A stretch of DNA of 64,000 nucleotides from Octopus vulgaris (taxonomy: Eukaryota): the NCBI GenBank assembly GCA_951406725.2, contig OX597820.1:7874001-7938000 (forward strand). The letters run 5' to 3'. Shown here piece after piece: positions 12,057-24,258 of the stretch; position 1 is the first letter of the stretch, and each line of letters starts with the position of its first letter. The notes under the pieces were generated by a model. That model saw nothing but the letters and a program-made list of their open reading frames with translations. It did no database searches and was not told where the DNA came from. A program made the position numbers and the translations under genes.

Positions 12057-14088
12057 TTGTTGAAGCTGTTCACTGGAGTGGCAGACCACTGCGTTGTCAT
12101 CAGCAGACGGAAGTTCAGTGATTGTTTTGTTTCCTGGTCAATCTTCGTGACTTCAATTTGGCAAGGTTTAAACATCCCCGGTCATATCGGTACCTAATGT
12201 TGACTCCTGGATTGTCCAAAGGCAGTTAAAAAAAACACTGCTGCAAGGTACAGCGAGAAGAACAGTGGGGCCAAAACGCACCCTTGTTTTGATCCTCCAG
12301 TGATGAGGAAGTCTTCAATCAGTTGATTTTGATGAAAGATGGTTCCAGTCATACCGTCATGTAATCCCTGTACTAGGGAAATGAAGTGATCGTGGAAGCC
12401 GAAGCGTCGGAAGACCTTCCACATTGCAGGCTTTGGAACAGTATCAAAGGCCTTTTCGAGATCATAGAATACAAATAGAGGTTTTTGTTGTTCTCTACTC
12501 TTGTATTTATCGAGCACAAAAGATCATGTCAGCTGTCTTTCTGAATGGTCGATATCCACATTGTGATTAGGATAGGACTTCCTCCGCGATGATATGGGGA
12601 CGATCCAGAGGAAGCCTCACAAAGGTTCCCACAGATCTTTCTATCTCCTATTTTGAAGATGGTGATGATAACAGCATTTTTGAGGTCTTTGAGAACATGG
12701 CGATTCTTTCACATTCGGAGAATCAATGTGAGCAGACTGGTCTTTAATAGTGGTCCACGATGTTTTTGGAGTTCCAGTGGGATGTTGTCTGGGTCAGGGG
12801 ACTTCCGCAGCTTCATGCGGTTGAGGGCAATCTGGTACCCTTCGTAGGATGGTGGCGTGTTCATCAAGTGTCGAGTTGGACGCATAAGTACATTCTTCAA
12901 GAAGTCTTCCTCCTCGTTACAGTCTTGGTTCAGAAGACTCGAGAAGTGCTCTCTCCCGCGTTGAAGGATATCTTATGGGTCAGTCAAGATGGTGTTAGAG
13001 TCTACTGATTGTAGAGACCCTGTTGATGATCTCACGGGCCCAAAAAGTTCCTTCGTTCCTGCGTAGAAGCGTCTGAGGTCACGGACGTTAGCATACCTCT
13101 GGGGTTCAACAGCTTTTTGTTGCCACCAGTTGTTCCGCACCTCTCTTAATTTTGTTTGGCATTGTCTTTTGAGGTCTTGATATCTCACCTTCTTGTGTTG
13201 CAATCTTGGATCTTGCTCATGAATGAGGCGGGCTTGCCGTTTTGCATCGATAAGCTGGTCAATTTCTTGATCATGTCATCAAACCAGTCTTGATGTCTCC
13301 TTTTGTTGTACCCGAGGGTGTTTTCAGCCACTGCAGTGATGGTTTTTCGAAGAGTGCTCCATTCCTTATCCATATCCTGGTTGTCAGATGGGATGGATTG
13401 AAAGTGTTTGAGAATGCATAAAGGGAGCTGATCTCTAGGATGTTAAGCTTCGAAATGTCAAAGTTCCTTCTGACTGGTTTTGTTTCTCTAGTCTTTGGTT
13501 CATTGTTAATCATTATTCGGATGATGACTGGACGATAGGCTGTCCGGTGATCGTCAGTGCGCTTAGCCGTTCGCGTGATGAGGACGTTTCTTTTGTCCCG
13601 TTGTCTTATGATGGAGTAGTCCGGGAGGTGCCAGGGTTTCGACCTGGGGTGCTTCCAGGTTGTCTTGAAGCGATTTGGAAATCGAAATTGAGTGTTGTTG
13701 AGGAAGAGTGTCCAGCGCACGGCCCAAGGAGCAAGAGTCCACTTTCATTACATTTTCCAACTCTTCCTTTGTTAATAACATTCTCCCATAGAGTCTGTCT
13801 TTCCCACTCTTGTATTGAAATCCTCGAGGAGGAGGAGTAGCTTGTCCTTTGGTGGTACATTGAGGATCAGGTCATTCAGTTGTTGGTAGCTGTTTTTCAC
13901 ATTGTCATAGCATCAAGTGTTGGTGCGTAAGCAGAAGTCAGTGTCATAAAGGTGATGGCAGAGATCGGTATTCGCAGCGTCACAAGCCGTTCACCGACGA
14001 CAGAGGGTTTCAGATGGTGTTCCTTCACAAGCTGGGATTTTACATCAAAAGCGACTCCGTGAAGTTTTCTCTCTCCTTCTTTCCCTAG

Positions 14089-14139
<51 letters not shown>

Positions 14140-14142
<3 letters not shown>

Positions 14143-14308
14143 TTGTTTCTCTCCGTGTTTCTTTTCTGTGTATCTTTCTGTTGAAGAGCGTAGGCTCGAA
14201 ACGTAAACGACTTGTTTTATTTATATTCCTGAGCGCCATACTAATACAATTGTTTGTTTGTACTCCACCTGCCTTCGTCTTTTGTTTATTTTCATAAAGC
14301 TTCCCGTT
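14140..14308 (+). mobile_element. Family P1 element, variant hammerhead at 14173-14210
   Basis: TCTTT-CTGTTGA-A-GAGC-GTAG-GCTC-GAAA-CG-TA-AACGA, with (TA)n on both sides. Confidence 0.7.
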
Positions 14309-14501
14309 ATATATATATATATAGCTAGAAATAGCAGTTAAGTCACTTATAGCTGCGAAAAAGTACATTTTATATATACTGACAGGATAGACAGCTGCTC
14401 CATGAGCGAAGCGAACCTAGAGCACTGGACTGCACGAGTACACACACACACATACATACATATATATTTTTTTTTTATATTCATATATGCACACACACAT
14501 A

Positions 14502-14534
<33 letters not shown>

Positions 14535-15172
14535 TTATATATATATATATAATAGATAATTATACATTTCCTGTTTCAATATAATTCCATTAAATATAAT
14601 AGTTTCCTGCCTTCTCAGAAATCACAAAATCACCGAATCACCAAATCACTGGTGACTGGTTCAATTTCCGCTCAAGCGTACAGACAATAATTATGTTATA
14701 TACACACACACCAACCGAGGCATACACACTCGGTGTCTACATACACATACGTGTGTGTGTGCGTAACCAATTATGAAGATTCTAGCTGCTAATAATATAC
14801 ATCTATTCATTTATTTGATATATTTAATTTATTTGTTCATTTCTGTTTCACTGAATTAAATAACATATAATTTTCCCGTCTCAGCATCTGACTTAAAGAA
14901 ACCATGTCCAATAGACCGTATCTGGAATATTCTACGCAAATAGAAGGATGCTTCCCTCGCCACTAAGCACGACAGACTGCCTGTCTCGCTAAATCATCCT
15001 ATTCACATTGCTCCTTCCACTGGTCGTAATTTCAAATCCCTGAAGATTTCAATCTATTCACTTTTCGTTCCAAATGGTTAAAATAGCAACATTTTTCAGT
15101 CCCTGATCGAACAAACCTAGTGCAAAGGATTTCCCATCCGTTATCAGCCTCAATATATACATATGTCTATAT

Positions 15173-15550
15173 ATCATTAATTAAGATCTTAGGGTAGCAA
15201 GAATATTTATCGAAAAAATTCTTAGTGACCAGTGGTCTAGCGAGAAGGAAAAAATTAGTCAAAAGACTATATATTATTCAGAGAAGAATACAGTGTACAT
15301 TCAAACACAAAAGAGATACCCGAAGAATAGGATATCTGACTCACTAGAAAGAGCAGTTAAATTCCAAGCCACTAATTGTAATTCCGAAAGCGGTTGAAAA
15401 ATAAGATAGAATTAAGGTAAAAGTTTTTATTTTTCAATCACTTTCGGAATTGCAACACTTAGTGACTTGGAATTTAACTGCTCTTTCTAGTGAGTCAGAT
15501 ATCCTAGTCTTCGGGTATCTCTTTTGTGTTTGAATGTACACTGTATTCTT
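15173..15550. mobile_element. Fold-back insertion (arms ~15283-15404 and ~15427-15551) with 13-bp TSD; probably Penelope-like
   Basis: GAAGAATACAGTGTACATTCAAACAC... pairs with ...GTGTTTGAATGTACACTGTATTCTTC; CATATGTCTATAT at 15160-15172 and 15551-15563. Confidence 0.75.
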
Positions 15551-15724
15551 CATATGTCTATATGTATATATACATATTTATGCGTGTGGGTGCATATGTA
15601 TATGTATACAAATATATAACATATATAAAATGGTAACAATTTACCCATGGCACCCTGTATATCTACACACACATTCACATATTTTTAATTTCGTGCATGC
15701 ACATCGTTTTTGATTTTGTCGACT

Positions 15725-15930
15725 ACCCAGTATTGTGTGAGGACAGTGCAATCTGAGGACTTTTACCATGTGTGATAGAAATCAAACATCCAGTCAACAT
15801 CATGGTGTTTGGAGTGATCATTAGTGATGGCGACGTTATTCCTCCATCCATCTTACTAAACAGCCTCAGAGGCAACATGGAGGCCTGCATCAAGTTCCTG
15901 GAGGAGATAGTGCTGCCTTGGGTCCATAGG
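15725..15930 (+). mobile_element. Tc1/mariner (maT/DD37D-like) transposase fragment
   Basis: KHPVNIMVFGVIISDGDVIPP...IKFLEEIVLPWV. Confidence 0.75.
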
Positions 15931-15987
15931 ACATATATATATATGCGTGTGTGTGTGTGTGTGTGTGTATACACACATACACGTGTG

Positions 15988-16305
15988 GGGGGCGCATCGC
16001 TCGGTGGTTAGAGCATCAGGCTCACAATCATGAGGTAGTGAGTTCGATTCCCGGATCAGGCTGTGCATTGTGTTCTTAAGCAAAATACTTTATTTCATGT
16101 TGCTCCAGTTCACTGAGCGGTAGAAATCAGTTGCGACGTCTCAGGTTCCAAGCTGTATCGGCCTTGGATAACATCGATGGAATGGAGAGAAGAGCCTGGC
16201 ATGCATGGGTGACTGCTGGTCTTCCATAAACAACCTTGCCTGGATTTGTGCCTCAGAGCGGAACTTTTTAGGTGCAATCCCATGGTCATTCAGGACCGAA
16301 GAAGG
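15988..16305 (+). mobile_element. tRNA-derived SINE family D; related copies at ~50385-50710 (-) and the head of ~58745-59005 (+)
   Basis: GGCGCATCGCTCGGTGGTTAGAGC...GAGTTCGATTCCC boxes; central TTTATTTCATGTTGCTCCAGTTCACT is shared with 50600-50640. Confidence 0.8.
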
Positions 16306-16633
16306 TCATGACAGACAGACAGACAGACAGATATCCGGTTTGCGCAAGTGAGTGAACACTTAATGAAAAAGTCATGTGTATACACTGTTAATAGGCCAGT
16401 TATTGTAATATTCGTCCTGAGATAACATCACTTATTTACTTACAGTAAATGTCGAACGTGTATATATATTAGACATGGTACAAAGTTATTATAATTTAGT
16501 ATTGTCAGAAGTTCGAATTGCATCTGATGTCCTTGCTGGGTGTTTTGGGGACGAATTTTCGTCTCTTTTTCGATAATTTATTGTTTTTAACGCAGCAAGT
16601 CCATAAGAGAGTAACTGGCCTGGTGACACTGTA

Positions 16634-17524
16634 TACCTGGTCTGATCAAATAAGTATCCGGATTGTTGCCATAGTAACAAAGCTAAAGCATGTGGAGTAA
16701 AGCTGCTTGGCACAGATTGACCTTGAACTCTGCTGTGCATGTGCACTAAGTTTTAACATTCTAGCTCACTTCTGCTGTTTACAGCAGTGCTTGGAAGGAA
16801 GGTGTGTAGCGTGTGATCGTTGCATTGACCATGACAGAGAAAGTTGTGCAGAGAATCTGCATAAAATTTTACCAAAAGCTTGGCGATACCTGCTCAGAGG
16901 CCTGCGCAAATTTTTCAAAAACTTTTCATCGTTCTTGACACAATCAAGGAGATCTTGTGCAACTGAAACCCGAGTGTCGTTTTGGTCAGCTGAAAGCAGT
17001 TTTGGCACAATCTTGGCAGACACGCGTCTCATACCCAAATCTTCAGTGATAATGGACTGAACTGAACCGTAACTAATCTACACATCCTCTGTTAACTCAC
17101 GGATGTTGATTCAACGATTTCTCCTCACAGCTACGAGCATATCTACGATGTTTTTCTCAGTTCTGCTGATTGTGTGTCTCCCAGAACGTTCGTCAATATC
17201 GACATTTGTCCGGCCATCTTAGAAACGTCTGAATCACTCGTACACTTATGTGCGGATCATACAATCCACTCCATACGCTTTGTGCAACTTTGTGTCGGCC
17301 TCTGAGTAAGTATCACCATGACAACAGTCTCTGTCGTGGTCAATGCCACGATCACACCTTCTTTCCAAGCAGTGCTGTAAACAGCGGAAGTGAGCTACAA
17401 CGTTAACACTTAGTGTTCATGCACAGCAGAGTTCAATGTCAATTTTTGCCCAGCAGCTTCACTCTGCGTGATTTAACTTCGTTACTATGGCAACAGTCCG
17501 GATACTTATTGATCAGACATTGTA
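16634..17524. mobile_element. Mariner-derived fold-back element built from two 5' ends
   Basis: Termini GTCTGATCAA.TAAGTATCCGGA.TGTTGCCATAGTAAC are inverted. The + strand encodes MTEKVVQRICIKFYQKLG; the - strand encodes the N-terminus through MRRVSAKIVPKLL. Confidence 0.85.
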
Positions 17525-17551
17525 CATTTTATACGGTACATTGGTACACAG

Positions 17552-17587
<36 letters not shown>

Positions 17588-17611
<24 letters not shown>

Positions 17612-18195
17612 AAATAAGGGTGAAAATTGAACATTAATTTGATTAATATCAATTTGAAACCAGTGGTCTAGCATATAGAAAAATCTGAAGATTCAGAAAA
17701 ATTATATTACATACGTATAAAAGGGTTGACCACTAAGTGAACATCCATTACGCTAGAAGTCGACCCCTTATGGTCTTACCACTAAGAAAGGAATGTTCTC
17801 AACAAAATTTAGCAAACACCAAAACGTAAGCGAGCAAGACAAATGAAACCATACAAAATATACAACCAGTTTCGTTGTTACCACTTACATAATAACTTGC
17901 GTAGATGTCAGGTATTTTGGTGCGCCAAAACGAAGACGTTTGAAATATAACCCCAATGTAATTGGTAGAACTATATACATGTTCAATCTCATGCAAACGT
18001 CTCGTGTATAATTCTGCAAATTATATTTTGCTATGACGATCACACTGACGAGTTGCGGGGATTCTATGTAAGTGATTATGTAAGTGGTAACAACGAAACT
18101 GGTTTGTGATTATCTGTATATTTTGTATCTTTTCATAGCATAATGGATGTTCACTTAGTGGTCATACCTTTTATACGTATGTAATATAATTTTCT
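17588..18195. mobile_element. Penelope-like terminal-repeat fragment with inverted arms
   Basis: Starts at (TA)n; inverted pairs 17696-17755/18136-18195 and ~17851-17893/18076-18128; contains a hammerhead. Confidence 0.7.
18038..18111 (+). ncRNA. Minimal type I hammerhead ribozyme with canonical core
   Basis: GATCACA-CTGACGA(18045-18051)-GTTG...CAAC-GAAAC-TG-GTT-TGTGATT; 7-bp helix I, 4-bp helix II, GUU site. Confidence 0.8.
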
Positions 18196-18689
18196 TTCCT
18201 TTCCTGAGCGTCCAATAACACTCCACTTGTTCCACGTCCTCGCGTTGTTGTGTCTTCTCTTGGAGAATTTTGTATCACTATGACATCTGAAGATCACTTA
18301 AAGCAGCAGGAGGAAGAACATTCTTGGTTAACAGACAGAATGTCGCATTTATTACTGTAGGTAAGGGAGGTAACTGTCACAGTTTCAGTATTAAATGCAA
18401 ACAGTTTTGGCCAGTTTTCTGACACAGAATGTCGTGTTTATCATTATAGTTCAGGGAGCTAACTCTTGTAAACCGTTTGAAACTTCTCACGGTCACTTTA
18501 CCTGCTAGAAATAGCAGCCCAAGTACTCTTACATCAGATCCCAATGCTGTATGTTCAAGAAACATATGAAGGTCAGATTTTCAATCCCGGGATCATTCTG
18601 ATTCCAAAAACGGATATGTCTATGTAGAGTAAATGTAAACTGAGATACAGGGTCCCGGACGGACAGACAGAATTTTACTTTTATTTATA

Positions 18690-18805
18690 TACGAGGTGGT
18701 ACCGAAAAGTTCCCGGACGAGATATGCTTAATAAGAAATAACTTATTTACCTACGTTTTTTTAACATCATATCCTGCGAAATAAGCACCTTGTGCAGCAG
18801 TACAC
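18690..18805. mobile_element. Mariner-type terminal fragment
   Basis: TA-CGAGGTGGTACCGAAAAGTTCCCGGA, similar to the terminus at 51381. Confidence 0.55.
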
Positions 18806-20510
18806 TCTGTCGATATCTTTATAAGAATATTAAGGTATATATCCCATTCCCTAAGATGATTTTGTCAACTGTCATCAAGTGTTCATCTGAAGAAGACTCG
18901 GCTGAAAAGGGCTAATCTATAGCTATGATGGGAGACCGACCTGAAAGATTCGGTCGATTAAATAAAGCACCTGACGAATAGTTTTGTTTGTCTGTGTATG
19001 TGTGTAATACGAAAAACCGCACTTGCCAAGCTTTTATCGCACACTGTGTTCTAAATATATATATTCAAATATATTGTGTGAATGTATATATGCCTGTGTC
19101 CTTGAATGTATTACTGTGTGTATGGAGGGATATTATGTGCAAGCGTGTATATATACACATATACATACACTCATAAACACAAACACGCATATATATGTAT
19201 GTGCAATTATGTATGAGTATATGCACGCACACACACAGAAGCCGACATGCAGCTCCTTTATAAACAAGATACTATTCTTAACGATATCCATAACTTGGAA
19301 ATGCCAAAATTCTTCCTTTTCATCCCATCACGCCACTTTCGCAACTTGCCGAATAGGTTTTTATTTTGGTTTCTTTTCTTAGTGGCACTATTTTTTACTG
19401 TTTGTCTTCTTTCTCACATAAATCTTTTCTTAATCTTCAAATTTTTAAACTAAATATTAACAATCTATAGTTTTTGAAATCCATCATTTGCTTAAACTTA
19501 TCGCAGCTGCTCCCGTTGCGAATATTTCACACAAGTTCTCTCTGCGAAATCACATAAAAACTGACGAAGCACCACATTAAAATTCTTCGGTTGCTAATTT
19601 GAAATGGTGTTTTCATTGTTGTCTTCCATGGGACCAGAATTCTGGAACACCATTCCGGTCGGCCCACATCGCCTGTTTACGATGAGTTTGTGAAGTTTGG
19701 TTTAATTCTCTTAAAATATAAAATATTTTAATCCATTTTATTTCCAGCGATAAATATTCCTTCTACTTGTTTTATCAAAGTCAACAGAACTGTATCGCAG
19801 ATACATTAAACTGGGAAACAAATAGGAATCTATACATTTGGTCGACGAAATTTGTGTGGATATGTGTGAGTGAAAGTGCATGGATATATATATGCATACG
19901 TATACACATATATGTGTATATATACATATGTACATGCATCTATGTGTGTGCGCGTGTGTGTGTATATGGGCGTATATATTTATATATTTATATGTTTATA
20001 TGTATGTATTGGGGATGCGATGAACAAAAAGAAAAATGGCAACACAGGTGGGACAAATTTTAACAAATATTAGTTTAAAAAAGGAAAGAGAGAGAGAGAC
20101 AGAGAGACAGAGAGAAATAAGCAGAGATTAATTGTTTATTTACAGATTTCGTGGAAACGGGCTTTTCAAAACGTGGGTGGTTGTATGTATTTCTACACAA
20201 ATGTGTATGTATATGCGCATGTATTTGTATACATATATGCACACGTATACCCATATACATGTTTAAAGATGTGTGTGTATGTATATATGTAGGCCCTGAC
20301 TATGACATTCAACTGCATCAGGTGGTGGGACTGCAGTTCGGGAGTCGGGGAGAGCATGGGGTCAGCCCTTAATTACCATTACTCCCAGGTCCGTTCCGAC
20401 CCGGGACTGAACTGTCAGGGACCCACTTATGGGTTGAATAAATGTCGATGTAGAGTAAATGTAGACTGAGATACACGGGTCCCGGACAGACAGACAGAAT
20501 TTCACTTTTA

Positions 20511-20565
<55 letters not shown>

Positions 20566-21154
20566 GGTTGATGAAGCTTCTGTTAATTTGTCAAAGCCGT
20601 GGGGGAGGACAGCTCTTCTAGGAGAAAGACACTCTGACCAAAAATTTACAGTCCAAATAGCATCAGTCATTTCGTAAGATTTGTTGCTATGGCGACCGAG
20701 TACGTGGTAAAAATGTTGAACAAGTTTTTGTCACTTAAATTCATTGACGTACAAATATCTCAATCCCATTTCATTTCTTGGTCCCTTTCAAATTTTATGA
20801 AGTCCTATTGTGAAGGCTGCGTGGCCTGAAAAGCTATATCCACGTATATATGCAAGATGTAAGAAATATCACCTGGCAAGTGTACGCAGACACGCGCGCA
20901 CCCGCATGCAGCCTTGACGGGCAGATTGTTTCTATCCATGGGGTCTCGAGTTAGGCCCCTCTGTCGCGTTCATGGTGAAATCCTTTTGAGTGATGTTAGA
21001 CATAGGGGAACTGAGTAGAGGCCGACCGAATGGATTATGTCTCTAATTCAATGAGAAACTCGTCCAGTTTAACAAATAGCAGGTCATTCATGCACCAATG
21101 TCGATAGAAGGACTCCAGGTGGGACTGACTGGTCAAAAAGTTCTATTTGCAACA

Positions 21155-21490
21155 ACGTGTTTGCAGGTTCAGTCCCACTGCGGCTCACCTTTGGCAAATG
21201 ACTAGAGACACGAGCTGACCAATGCCCTGTAAGTGAATTCGGTAGAAGGAAAATGTAAGGAATCTCACCGAATATTTGTGCACGTTTGAGCGTTTGCGTA
21301 CGTTTCTCATAGCTTGAAAATGGGTGTTTGTTCGCTTACGTCCCCGGAACGTAGCGGTTCTACAAAAAGAGACCGATTGAATAAATAAAAAAATTTTCAA
21401 AATCATACCTGGGATTGATTTGTTCGATTAAATCCTTCTACACTCTACCCCAGCATGGCCGTAGTTAAATTACTGGGAAAAGCAAAACAA
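21155..21490 (+). mobile_element. Old degenerate family A SINE
   Basis: GGTTCAGTCCCACTGCGG...CCTTTGGCAA...CCCAGCATGGCCGTAG. Confidence 0.7.
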
Positions 21491-21519
21491 TGGAATTAGA
21501 TATATTTAATAAAGTAGCC

Positions 21520-22251
21520 CCAACAATAATAACAACTTCCTAGCTAACAGCGGTTTCAGAGATAAGATATATTACGACCCTTTAATTAAAGATATGAAAC
21601 CTAAAAACAGATCTAAGAAAATAATACTGTTCGGCCCCATTTTACTCCCTAAATACTAAAACTAGCGTTGGCAAGAAATCCCTGGCTCTTTTATATAAGC
21701 ATTTCCCAGTAAACCATAAATACAGAAATTTTTTGAATAGACGCCCGATAAAAATATCGCACAGCTGCTGTCGCAGTATTAAGGACGTTGTTACTCGAAA
21801 GCCTGATCAAATGCCCACTTGCAGTTGCAACTGTCGAGACCATGAAGCTTACCCACTTGACTAGGCGTGTATGATATATTGTCGTTTATGAGGCAGAAGT
21901 CACAGCAACCCGCCAAGATAGAGTAATTGGGAAGAAAAATTACATCGGTTCATGCGATGGCATTTTAAAAGATGCTATGCAAACTGCCAGTCTTCTTTCC
22001 GGGACGGCGACAAAAGTAAATCTACAAAGTTGGCTAGTCACGTATGGGGTCTGAAGATCAACTATCCACCACATAGAATCAAGTGAAGCTTTGCGGAGAT
22101 CCATGCTACGCGGAAATGGATCAAAGAGATGTAACTTATGCATAATTGAAAGATCACACCTTTCTAAATCCAAGAAATTCACACTATGTAATTCCAGATC
22201 CGAAATTATAAGTAAATGCAAGCATATGGACAAATCACTGTTGGCTAACTA
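21520..22251 (+). mobile_element. Decayed Penelope-like element: RT C-terminal linker and GIY-YIG endonuclease
   Basis: Hand translation across frameshifts: RKIILFGP, KTSVGKKSLALLYKHFPVNHKY, IKISHSC, CNCRDHEAYPL, VVYEAEVT...KNYIGS (GIY-YIG), FKRCYAN, GSKRCNLC, NSRSEIISKCKH. Confidence 0.9.
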
Positions 22252-22306
22252 AAGGGCAACTGAATTATTCTACATCCATATATTATTGAGCAACTGAATT
22301 ATTCTA

Positions 22307-22354
<48 letters not shown>

Positions 22355-22387
22355 GTAAAATAATATGTGACAATTATTCAATAGCCA

Positions 22388-22450
22388 AGATAAAACTCTG
22401 AGTTTCGGATGCCGAGGTGAAAATCCACAACACCATCTCTTCGGTTATCT
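22388..22450 (-). ncRNA. Near-canonical type I hammerhead motif
   Basis: Minus strand AGATAA-CCGAAGA-GATG...CATC-C-GAAAC-TCAGA-GTT-TTATCT; U4->C and helix II out of register by one base. Confidence 0.6.
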
Positions 22451-22900
22451 ATACCATCATTCTTCTGTTCTCATGACCGTACCCAGAGTACACTTGTTTC
22501 TTGTGCTCTCCTCGCACCAAACAAAGTATTATAAAATTTGGGGTATGTCAGAAGACAAAACGTATTACGTTGTCATTTGCTCAGGGAGGATTTTAAACTT
22601 GCAAATATCGTTAAACTACTGTTGCTAGTGTGTTTTCACATTGTACCGTTGGGGTCAGTATTGGAGAGAAAATGAAGGTTGAGTTTTGAAATAACCCCTG
22701 AAATCAAATTCATCCTTGTCATACGTTTTGTCTTCTGACTTACCCCAATTTTTATAATACTTTGTTTGGTGCGAGGAGACCACAAGAAACAAGTGTACTC
22801 TGGGTACGGTCGTGAGAACAGAAGAATGATGGTATAGAATGCTCTGGAATGGAAAGATCTGATGATCCAAGAACTTGTCTTGCTAATCATCTTGTATATA
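22448..22900. mobile_element. CR1/L2-type LINE fragment (-, ~22640-22900) with a 118-bp inverted duplicate at 22448-22565
   Basis: SWIIRSF...RPYPEYTCFLWSP resembles the CR1 RP.LEY...WSP motif; 22448-22565 is the approximate reverse complement of 22721-22838. Confidence 0.75.
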
Positions 22901-22914
22901 TTATTTATGTAGGA

Positions 22915-23356
22915 AGGCGGCGAGTTGGCAGAAACGTTAGCACGCCGGGCGAAATGCTTAGCGGTATTTCGTCTGCCGCTACGTTCCGAGTTCAAATTCC
23001 GCCGAGGTCTATTTTATTCAAATTCTGCCGAGGTAGACTTTGCCTTTCATCCTTTCAGGGTCGATTAAATAAATACCAGTTACGCACTGGGGTCGATGTA
23101 ATCGACTTAATTCGTTTGTCTGTCCTTGTTTGTCCTCTCTGTGTTTAGCTCCTTGTGGGTAGTAAAGAAATAGGTATTTCGTCTGCCGTTACGTTCCGAG
23201 TTCAAATTCCGCCGAGGCCTACTTTGCCTTTCATCCTTCCGGGGTCGATAAATTAAGTACTAGTTACGCACTGGGGTCGATGTAATCGACTTAATCCGTT
23301 TGTCTGTCCTTGTTTATCCCCTCTATGTTTAGCCCCTTGTGGGTAGTAAAGAAATA
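22915..23356 (+). mobile_element. Family B (Nin-domain) SINE with tandemly duplicated body
   Basis: GGCGGCGAGTTGGCAGAAACGTTAGC head, two GCCTTTCATCCTT..GGGTCGAT bodies; TSD TTATTTATGTAGGA at 22901-22914 and 23361-23374. Confidence 0.9.
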
Positions 23357-23689
23357 TATGTTATTTATGTAGGATTACTCTTAAATCCATAACATTATGA
23401 GACGCGGTCAGAGGTTTCGCTCAGGGAAGACGAAATGGCTATTGACATAAATCCCTTTTTTTTTTAATGGATTAACTGAAACATGTTCTCGTTTAGTGGA
23501 TTACCGAATCGTTTAAACCCGCTGAATTTATGAAAGAAAAGTGAACCTGAAGAAAGTGTGTTGCAGTAGAGACTTTGCTGTTGTGACTTCCCCGGTGTTT
23601 TAGTGAATTCCGTCGCTCCCAATATGACCTCATTTGCTTTCCATGATACAATCCTATGTCTACCCTTCAGATTCCTATGTTTCATTTTT

Positions 23690-24258
23690 CACTTTTCATT
23701 TCATTTCATCTAGTTTCATCTCACGAGCTGTGGCCATGCTGGGGCACTGCCATTCGGTATTGCTACATGATTTTACTTCACGAATGCTTTTTAGCAATTG
23801 ACATTTAGTGCATGAGAGAGTTTGATGCAGCTGCACCTCCTGCTGTGAAGTTGGTTCATCTGGGAGACCGGACAGAAAGAGGCCCAGCTTTATTTTGAAG
23901 ACATCTGCATCCACCCCATTCAGGTCTCTCAGGCCCTTCGGGAGGATATTGAAGAGCTTGGACCTCTGAAGCCCAGGCTATTGCAGTATCTTGTCCTACA
24001 TCTTGATGGCAAATTTGGAGTCCTTGGCACTATGCAGTGGCGCCCAGTCCTAGTATTTGTGTAACTCTCGATGCCAAAGTTTGGGACAAGTCCTTCCAGG
24101 ATCTTTCAGATGTATATTATGGCATATCTTTCTCGCCTACGCTCTAAGGAATAGAGTCTTAATCTCTTGAGTCTTTCCCAATAGCTTATATTCTGCATAG
24201 AGGCTATGTTCTTCGTGTAGCTTCGTTGGATTGCCTCAAGTTCTGAGATTAATTTGAC
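23690..24258 (-). mobile_element. 3' end of a CR1/L2-type LINE
   Basis: YWERLKRLRLYSLERRRERYAIIYI and DVFKIKLGLFLSGLPDEP; 3' UTR GGCAGTGCCCCAGCATGGCCACAGC followed by short repeats. Confidence 0.85.

Larger units (their letters stand above)
10327..14050 (-). mobile_element. Decayed RTE/BovB-type LINE (APE endonuclease, RT, C-terminal zinc finger), interrupted by two SINEs
   Basis: Collinear frameshifted fragments: KTTWKHPRSKPWHLPDYSIIRQRD (APE); FYDLEKAFDTVP, ITGGSKQGCVLAPLFFSLY, FGLKVNIKKTKIL and TKLSVYHAVLISIILHSCET (RT/thumb); [22 protein letters not shown]. Confidence 0.92.

Noticed and set aside
18880-18965. CTGAAGA...GAAAGATTC hammerhead candidate
   Set aside because: Helix II is imperfect and no helix I can be formed.
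19480-19720. Unique CpG-containing segment with a minus-strand acceptor-like site and a CTGACGA
   Set aside because: No sustained open frame, and GAAA does not directly follow the stem.
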